From: Eledone cirrhosa
Lineage: Eukaryota
Direction: 5' to 3'
Length of the DNA stretch: 64,000 bases
Assembly: GCA_964016885.1 (NCBI GenBank)
Contig: OZ024763.1
Coordinates: forward strand, 992,001-1,056,000
A program made the position numbers and the translations under genes. Below are positions 54,829-64,000 of this stretch, in pieces. Positions within the stretch are counted from its first letter, which is position 1. Each line of letters opens with the position of its first letter. The notes below the pieces were generated by a model that saw nothing but the letters and a program-made list of their open reading frames with translations, did no database searches and was not told where the DNA came from.

Positions 54829-57800
54829 ACTACTACTAACAACACCTCCACCACCACTGCTACTGGCACAACCACAATTAAAACCACTTCTAGCACTAAT
54901 ACTAAAATTGCATCTAGTAGTTGCAGCAGCAGCAATAACAACAAAAACAGTAACAACAGTAGCTTTAATGTCAAAAACAACAACAGCAGCAGCAGTAGCA
55001 ACAAAAACAACAACAGCAGCAGCAATAACAAAAACAATAACAACAACAGCAGTAGCAGTGTTAAAAACAACAGCAACAACAAAAACAACAACAGTGTCAA
55101 AAACAACAGCAGCAACAATAAAAACACCAGTAGCAGTAGTAGTAGTAACAAAAACAACAACAACAACAATAGTAACAAAAACAACAACAACAATAGTAAC
55201 AAAAACAACAACAACAGTAACAAAAACAACAACAACAGTAACAAAAACAACAGCAACAGTAACAAAAACAACAGCAACAGTAACAAAAACAACAACAACA
55301 ACAATAGCAATAGCAATGGTAATGTTAGTCAGGGCGGCATTAAACCGACATCTGTCCCAACCGTGACTAGAACGACTGTGAAAACAGAACCAGAACCGAC
55401 AGAAGAAGATTTAAAATGTCAGATCTGTGGCAAAGTCTTCTCATGTTCATCGTTTCTAAACAAGCATATTGTATGTATGCATAATGGTGCAATGAAACGC
55501 AAAGCCAATCAGAACCGAAAAGCAGCGAGCAATCAAAAAGATTCTGTTAGTTCCCAGAACCAGAACCTAAGCATAAACCCCAAACCAGAGCCTGGTGCAG
55601 AATACCTAGCTAATCCTATTCCTCCTCCTCCGAAAGAGAATGTTATTAATGTAAAGCCTTCGAAACAGACCTCTAAAAAGAAATGCAAGTTTAAATACAT
55701 CTGCACGGTTTGTAAACGTAAGTTCAGGTCATATGTGCAGATGTGCAAGCATCGGCGGTCGGCACATTCAAAAGATACAAACAGTGATGATGGCAATTCT
55801 ACGTTCTACGACATAGAGCAGACCAATTTTGAAAACGAGTTGCTTCCGGGAGACTTTGAGGCTCCTTATCTTGAAGCAAAGGACATTGCCGGAAATGTGG
55901 CACAAAATCTGCGTTGTTATATCGATGGCCGTGCCGATTCTTTGTCTGATTTTGGTAAATATGTAAAAGTGAAGAGTTATGTGTCTTTATCTGAGCCTGA
56001 CTCCGATTACCTAAAGCAGGAATCTATTATTTGGTCTGAATACAATTTCCCGTCTTCTTTTAGGAACAAAGACGAATATGGTGCTTTCACAAAAATTGAA
56101 TCATCTCCTTCGCTTCTGAAATATTCCAGTTCTCAGGAATGTTCACCAAATGCTGCAGCAAAAGACCAAAATCAGTCAACTCACCTCTCTTCAGGGCATT
56201 TTATTTGTTTGCATTCCTTAAATGATCCGCAGACCCAAACAGATTCAAATTTGACAGACAACACCAACACGATATGCTGTGATCTACAAACACCGACTTT
56301 CACCAATCCTACCACACCAATATCTCTTACAAACGTTGTCAAAGACAACACTGAGTTCCATTGTGGCCTTGCTCTCATGACTAGTGCATCTAGTTTACCC
56401 CCAGCGAATGATGGGGCCGTAACTACCGAGAATATCTGTGATAATTCTATTATACGTCCTCCCCTTTCTTCAACTTCACCTCCACTTGTTGATTGTAATT
56501 ATAATAAACCAGCACCAACACCAACAGCAGCAGCAACACCACCAACAGCAGCAGTTTGTTCAGGATTTCTAGCAACAAATATTTCCCCAAATCCTTCTCC
56601 GTCAAAAATTTCTCCTTCTCTTCCTGTATTGAATCCTCCCTGTTTTTCCAGTTGTTCTGCACAACCAGAAATGCAGTCACAGACAATGGTTTCATCGGGG
56701 AACAATTCTGGCAATAGCACCATTGTCGCCAAGGTTGGTGTCCATGGAACACAAGAGTTGAACAACCAGTTTGGTTTAGATTTAATAACAACGCAGACCC
56801 AATATCAAAGTGCCTCTGTAGGACCTAAATATTCCACATGTACCAAAGGTCTACACAACACTGTCTCCATGCAGAATACCGTTAATCCAGACTTGGTGAA
56901 AACATGTGGTGCAAATTCTAGTGAAATCTATGCAACTGTTGTGCCAAAAAATGATGGGACTTTTCTTCTTCAGTCACCCTCGAAGAACGAGGACAAAAAA
57001 CTACCTAGTGGGTTGCATCAGCAGCAATCGGGCTTACATAATTGTAACCAGTCTTCCATCCCGCTTAGGTTCACTGAAGAGAGAAATGTTCCAGCTGCTG
57101 CTCTTGACAGTGAAATGACTGCTAAAGCCAACCGGGCGCGAAAGTGTGGCCAAAAAGATGTTTTGTTTACTGGACCACACATGATGACAGCTCACATTCA
57201 CGAGCGAGGCCATCTGGTTTTGGAGTTCGGCGACGAAGAGGAAATATCGTCAAAATTAAAAAACAGTTCCAGTGTTTGTAACGAAGAACCACAGAAGGCA
57301 TTTTCTTTGAAGTCTTTGAGTTCTGTTAAAAAGTCCAAGAAAAACCAGAATCTGTTGGATTTTAGTATCCAACAGATTGTGAAAAGTCGAGTTGAAGACT
57401 ATAAGAAGTTCATGAAAGATAACGAAATGTGGCCAGTGGAATTAAGTATTGCCAGTAGTGTGGAAAACACTGAAAACAAAGATTCTAATTTTATAAATTA
57501 CCCTCAATATGACATTCCTGCTAGGCTAGAGAAAGTTATCAACAAAAACAACAGAGATTCTGAAAAGGTGTCCGCATTTATTAAATGTGGTCTAATGCCT
57601 CGTGAAAACTTGAAGGACTTAGAAAATTGTTTCCATGGTGACTGTTTCCAAAACTGGAACTGTGAAGTACCCAACTATGACCAGATTGCTTTTGGTAAGC
57701 AAGGAATTGTTAATTTGGTCTGTTCTGTGTGCCACAAGCACTTTTTAGATCTGGATTCTTTGCTTCGACATCAACTGCACAGGCATCCGAGTATTGAGTG

Positions 57801-60800
57801 CAGCTTTCTCGAAGTAGAACTTGGTCAGAACATAATCTCCTTACACTATCCTACCCCTAATGCAGAAGGGGTCCTTTGTTCTCCAAATATTGACCTTAGT
57901 GCCTCGAAAACCCAAGAGACTTATAAATGCACCAAATGTTATAATTTGTTTCCTACAGTCTCCCGTTTACTTTCTCACATAATACGCTGCGCTTCAAACA
58001 TGGACAATATTCCCACCATGAGTAATTCTAGAAATGGTAAAAGAAAATACAAGAAGCGTTTAAAGAAAAGGCTCCGTGATGTATTCAATGGTTCGAACAC
58101 TTTTAAGTTCCGCTTGAAAGACTTTGCTGGATACGATCCAACGATTTTTCGAGAAAGTAGTCAGACGACTCGCAGGAAATTAGCTGGCTGTGAGAACAGT
58201 AATAAAGTCACTTATATTGAAGAAGACACAGAAAGGACAAAGAAACGTCGAGGCAATGATTTGTCTTATGATCCGAGGAATCATGTCCGGCGGAGGGAAT
58301 CGGTCGAAGTAATTGAAACTCATCAATGCCGAGGCTGCAACATAAAGTTCAAATATTTACCCATGCTCGAGAGACATGCCCCAAATTGTTCACGGAAGGA
58401 TAAACTTCAAAATCTCAGGGTACTTGAAGGTACCGCTCCAGCGCCGATAAGGTCACGAACCCGACATAGATGTCACTATTGCAACAAGCAATTCACTTAC
58501 CCTAGAAGCCTTTGCAATCATTACATAAACTTCTGTTCGGCTCGGAACAAACGAGAAAGGGCCAGAACCCTTTCTGCTGTAGATCTTCAGAAGGAAGCAG
58601 CAATTGCAAGTTTGGTACAGCAAGAAGAAACAGAGACATTAGCTAAGAATGAAATTCCTGCCACCGAAGTTAAACCAATCAAAACTGAACTTTGTTCTGA
58701 AGATTCTAAAGAATGGTCAAAAGACCTGAACAAGAAAGTCTGCAGAAAAAACTGTTTTTGGACTTCGATAAAGGATAAAAATAATATAAATTCCCAAAAG
58801 AATGAGGAGGAGGGTGGAATTGAATATGACGGTGGGGATGGTACAGAGAGGGATAGGGCTTTGGAAGTGCAAGAGGATTGGTTGGCCTTTAAGTGTGAAG
58901 TTGAAGAGAGGAATAAGTCTTCGTTGCAAATTGGAACTGGTCTTCCAGAGGGCAGCCATGTTTGCAGAATAAAGAAAGCTAAATCTTCTGATGCTTGTCT
59001 TGAAGAACTTTTAGTGGAGAAGAAAAAACCATTGTTACATTCGAAAAGTCTAGAAGAAAACTCTGAGATCCAGAAAACTCTCAACCGAAAGGTTAAGAGT
59101 TTGGGTAATCTCGAAATACAGCCGTCCAATAACACAAACAGTGGCATGAAATCTTCAAGAATAAGCAACTTGGCATGTAAAACAGAGATTTCATATGAAC
59201 ATTCCAGTGCTTATAAAAATATCTTAGAATCTGAACTGTACAAACAGCTGACTAAACAAAGTGTGTTTGTAGGTGCCACAGATTCTTCGAGTGTTAACGT
59301 TAAGCAGGAACCGAGAGACATGGAATTAACAAAGTTTTTAGACGTCCAAACCAAACCTTCCTCTTATGTGTCTGAAGACCAATTGAAGAAAGACACTTTG
59401 AAATCGGAGATAGAATTTGGTAAGGCTGATAATACGGCATTAACAGTTGATATTGATAGTAAGCCATCTTTCCAAGACTCAAAAGAATGCCATATAGTAA
59501 TTATCGATAACAGCAGATCAGACATTGCTCCTGAAATACAACCAGCTGTGATCTGTGATCATGGAGAAGTTAAACTGAATTCTATAACCATGCAGCAGCT
59601 ACCTGGCGGAGTAACTCATACAGCGCTACAGCATGGCCAGGAGCAGCTATCTGGTGGAGTAGCTCATACAGCGCTACAGCATGGCCAGGAGCAGCTATCT
59701 GGAGTAGCTCATTCAGTGCTACAGCATGGCCAGGAGCAGCTATCTGGAGTAGCTCATTCAGTGCTACAGCATGGCCAGGAGCAGCTATCTGGCGGAGTAG
59801 CTCATACAACACTACAGCATGGCCAGGAGCAGCTATCTGGTAGAGTAGCTCATACAGCGCTACAGCATGGCCAGGATCAGCTACCTGGTGGAGTAGCTCA
59901 TACAGCGCTACAACATGGCCAGAGGCAGCTACCTGGTGGAATAGCTCATACAACACTACAGCATGGCCAGGACCAGCTACCTGGTGGAATAGCACATACA
60001 ACACTACAGCATGGCCAGGAGCAGCTACCTGGGAAAGTAGCTCATACAACACTACAGCATGGCCAGGAGCAGGTACCTGGTGGAGTAGCTCATACAACAC
60101 TACAGCATGGCCAGGAGCAGCTACCTGGTGGAATAGCTCATACAACACTACAGCATGGCCAGGATATAAATCTACCAGAAACTACAAAGGGAGATAATCA
60201 GTATTCTGTGCCTGACGAATCTCCACAAGAAGTTGTCAAAAATGTAAAACTACCAGGAAATACAGGAGAAGACAATCGGTATTGTTCTGTGTCCGATGAT
60301 GATCCTCCAGAAGTTGTCCAAAACCTAAAGCTTCCAGGAAACACACGGGAAGATACTCAATATTCTTCTGAACCTGTTGAATCTCCACAAGAAACTGTTC
60401 AAAATGTAAAACTTCCAGGAAACACAGGGGAAGATAACCAGTATTGTTGTGTACCCGAAGAGCCTTCAGATGCAGAAATGGTTTTAAACAAGAAATATGC
60501 TAGTGATGATGACAGTAGTTCAAGCTGTGAAACTTCCCAATCAGATGTTGCTGGTGATCCACTTCCACAGGACACCAATGTCGGCCCTGGAAGTAAGGTC
60601 GAGGTATCCCAAATAATATCGCAAACCTCTTCTCCTGCAGATGGCGCCAGTGTTCCTGTTCCATGTACATCGTATGTGTTAATGACTGAAGTTGCTAGTG
60701 GTCAGTCTGTGGTTGGAAAACATGGAGAAACAATACCTCCACCAGGTGGCCCTGTGGTAGGAGCAACAGCACCAAAGAGATATGAAAGTATTGAAAGTCT

Positions 60801-63800
60801 TCAGACTTCTGATGAAGTCAAACAAGAAACAAGTGTACCCGATGGTGTACCTGTGTTGCAGTTATGTTCTGATGGTTCTGCAGTGGTTTTGTGGCCAGTT
60901 GGAACAGGAGAGTTACCTAAAGAGTTGAAACCAGTTGTAGACGGGGCTTTAAGTATATCTGTTCCAACACTTCACATGAACCTTTCAAATAGTAGTGAGA
61001 AGGAAGTTGCTGAAAACAATAGCTCTTGTGATATTGAGCCAGAAAAACAAGTAGAAACCCCAGCCACATCAAACGAACCTCATCTAAATCTGGGTGTAAC
61101 TCCTTGTGGACAAGACCAAGAGGAGCAGGGTTGTGTTAAGAGACCGAGTGAAGGGATTAAAGATTGTTTCATCCAGACAAGAGAGCAACAAGATATTCTC
61201 ACTCACACAACAGAACAGGAGGCTGGAAGCTGTCAGTCTCCATCTGATAGAGATGGTATTCCAGCACATGACATTGATGTCTCAGAACCTCAATTTATAA
61301 AAGAACCAGTAGAGACTGATCCGTCCGATAATTCTTGCTTAGCAGAAGATACTCCGTTGACGATACCAAAACCACAATTTATAGAAGAACCACTAGAGAG
61401 TGGCCCATTGAATAGGCTATGTTTGGCAGAAGACACTGCATTGACGATACCAACTACTGAAAAACACATCCTATGCAACATTTTAAACAAACCACCTTTG
61501 ACAGGATCTGTTATTAACACCTCTAATTTAATTCCAATTCCTTTGTGTAACTCTGAAAATAGCATGTCACCTTCACCTAAATGTAACCTCCCTGTTTTAA
61601 ACAAACCAGCTTCAGAAAACACTGATGTGGGCTCTGCTTTAAAATCCCCCACAGAATTATCCAACCTGAAAATTACGCCCTTGTTAAACTCTGATGCAGT
61701 TGTTGATTCAACTACAAACTGTGACCTAGATGAAAGTTCATTTGATAGCAATACTATGACCATACCAACAGCTACACCCATATCAATTGACAGCAATACT
61801 ATGACCATACCAACAGCTACACTTATATCAATTGATAGCAATACTATGACCATACCAACAGCTACACCCATATCAATTGACAGCAATACTATGACCATAC
61901 CAACAGCTACACCCATATCAATTGACAGCAATACTATGACCATACCAACAGCTACACCCATATCAATTGATAGCAATACTATGACCATACCAACAGCTAC
62001 ACTTATATCAATTGACAGCAATACTATGACCATACCAACAGCTACACCTATATCAATTGATAGCAATACTATGACCATACCAACAGCTACACCTATATCA
62101 ATTGACAGCAATACTATGACCATACCAACAGCTACACCCATATCAATTGACAGCAATACTATCAGCATACCAACAGCTACACCCATATTAATTGATAGCA
62201 ATACTATGACCATACCAACAGCTACACCTATATCAATTGATAGCAATACTATGACCATACCAACAGCTACACCTATATCAATTGATAGCAATACTATGAC
62301 CATACCAACAGCTACACCTATATCAATTGACAGCAATACTATCACCATACCAACAGCTACACCTATATCAATTGATAGCAATACTATGACCATACCAACA
62401 GCTACACCTATATCAATTGACAGCAATACTATGACCATACCAACAGCTACACCTATATCAATTGACAGCAATACTATCAGCATACCAACAGCTACACCTA
62501 TATCAATTGACAGCAATACTATGACCATACCAACAGCTACACCCATATCAATTGACAGCAATACTATCAGCATACCAACAGCTACACCTATATCAATTGA
62601 CAGCAATACTATCAGCATACCAACAGCTACACCTATATCAATTGACAGCAATACTATGACCATACCAACAGCTACACCCATATCAATTGACAGCAATACT
62701 ATCAGCATACCAACAGCTACACCCATATCAATTGACAGCAATACTATCAGCATACCAACAGCTACACCTATATCAATTGACAGCAATACTATCAGCATAC
62801 CAACAGCTACACCCATATCAATTGACAGCAATACTATCAGCATACCAACAGCTACACCTATATCAATTGACAGCAATACTATCAGCATACCAACAGCTAC
62901 ACCTATATCAATTGACAGCAATACTATGACCATACCAACAGCTACACCTATATCAATTGATAGCAATACTATGACCATACCAACAGCTACACCCATATCA
63001 ATTGACAGCAATACTATGACCATACCAACAGCTACACCCATATCAATTGATAGCAATACTATGACCATACCAACAGCTACACCCATATCAATTGACAGCA
63101 ATACTATGACCATACCAACAGCTACACCCATATCAATTGACAGCAATACTATGACCATACCAACAGCTACACCCATATCAATTGATAGCAATACTATGAC
63201 CATACCAACAGCTACACCCATATCAATTGACAGCAATACTATGACCATACCAACAGCTACACCCATATCAATTGATAGCAATACTATGACCATACCAACA
63301 GCTACACCCATATCAATTGACAGCAATACTATGACCATACCAACAGCTACACCCATATCAATTGATAGCAATACTATGACCATACCAACAGCTACACCTA
63401 TATCAATTGACAGCAATACTATGACCATACCAACAGCTACACCTATATCAATTGACAGCAATACTATGACCATACCAACAGCTACACCTATATCAATTGA
63501 CAGCAATACTATGACCATACCAACAGCTACACCTATATCAATTGATAGCAATACTATCAGCATACCAACAGCTACACCTATATCAATTGACAGCAATACT
63601 ATCAGCATACCAACAGCTACACCCATATCAATTGACAGCAATACTATGACCATACCAACAGCTACACCTATATTAATTGATAGCAATACTATGACCATAC
63701 CAACAGCTACACCTATATCAATTGACAGCAATACTATGACCATACCAACAGCTACACCCATATCAATTGATAGCAATACTATCAGCATACCAACAGCTAC

Positions 63801-64000
63801 ACCCATATTAATTGACAGCAATACTATCAGCATACCAACAGCTACACCCATATCAATTGATAGCAATACTATGACCATACCAACAGCTACACCTATATCA
63901 ATTGATAGCAATACTATCAGCATACCAACAGCTACACCTATATCAATTGACAGCAATACTATCAGCATACCAACAGCTACACCCATATTAATTGACAGCA
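54485..64000 (+). CDS. PRDM2: PRDM2/RIZ-like gene, giant coding exon 3 (over 9.5 kb, runs off the window); 7 further C2H2/C2HC fingers, Asn/Thr tract, coding tandem repeats
   Basis: Acceptor gttattttAG ends at 54484, and splicing gives the linker HSG-NLPFQCEFCQRSFPTLISKKQHVRIH. No stop was found in the stretches translated by hand in frame +1, and the ORF track omits this frame, consistent with no stop inside the window. Motifs NVAQNLRCYIDG, LVCSVCHKHF..HQLHRHPSIEC, YKCTKC..HIIRCAS and HRCHYCNKQFTYPRSLCNH..FC match, in order, PRDM2 segments as I recall them (NISENLNYYIDG; FVCSVCKKEF..HQRDLHP; IRCTKC..HILACAS; HICPYCNREFTYIGSLNKH..SC). Orthology needs a BLAST check. Confidence 0.85.
54565..55320 (+). 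repeat. Coding trinucleotide low-complexity tract (poly-Thr/Ala followed by Asn/Ser/Lys, e.g. SNKNNNN)
   Basis: (ACT)n, (GCT)n, (AAC)n and (AGC)n runs in the exon-3 frame between fingers 4 and 5. Confidence 0.9.
59593..60165 (+). repeat. Coding 48-bp (some 45-bp) minisatellite, about 12 x EQL(S/P)GGVAHT(A/T)LQHGQ
   Basis: Direct reading. Length variants are in-frame 3-nt deletions. Confidence 0.9.
60166..60465 (+). repeat. Degenerate coding repeat, 4 x about 27 aa (NVKLPGNTGEDNQY..ESPQE)
   Basis: The motif aaactwccaggaaa(y)ac...gaaga recurs about every 80 bp. Confidence 0.7.
61744..64000 (+). repeat. Coding 45-bp minisatellite, about 50 x DSNT(M/I)(T/S)IPTATPISI, continuing past the window
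   Basis: Near-identical 45-bp units with no indels, in the exon-3 frame. Confidence 0.95.

Noticed and set aside
54503-55366. 287-aa plus-strand Leu/Thr ORF
   Set aside because: It is the wrong frame over the trinucleotide tract; the zinc fingers are in frame +1.
61290-63986. 898-aa hydrophobic minus-strand ORF (also 54414-55316, 58587-59168 and 59582-60148)
   Set aside because: These are antisense shadows of the real plus-strand exon 3 and its repeats.

Overview
Eukaryotic, AT-rich, (TA)n/(CA)n-saturated animal DNA. The repeat landscape (RTE LINEs, CORE-type and other tRNA SINEs, Tc1/mariner, TTAA MITEs) suggests a cephalopod such as Octopus; this is an inference. About 50 kb is intergenic or 5'-intronic repeat DNA. 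It holds an 82-bp satellite (3.4-5.9 kb) and a 75-bp satellite (6.1-13.6 kb) split by a young 5'-truncated RTE LINE whose RT ORF is intact and carries a PHD-like finger. It also holds a DD37D (maT) and a DD34D mariner element, many SINE/LINE/MITE fragments, and many short Penelope-like remnants with hammerhead-ribozyme (HHR) motifs, often as fold-back palindromes. The last 14 kb encode a plus-strand, multi-exon zinc-finger gene resembling PRDM2/RIZ but apparently lacking a PR/SET domain. Its third coding exon (from 54485) is open for more than 9.5 kb to the window end, is absent from the ORF track, and contains an Asn/Thr tract and three coding minisatellites. The best candidates for novelty are the HHR fold-back elements, including a sense-strand intronic U3-A8 HHR locked in a 138-bp hairpin whose inverted copy flanks a symmetric exon, and the giant repeat-expanded PR-less PRDM2-like protein.
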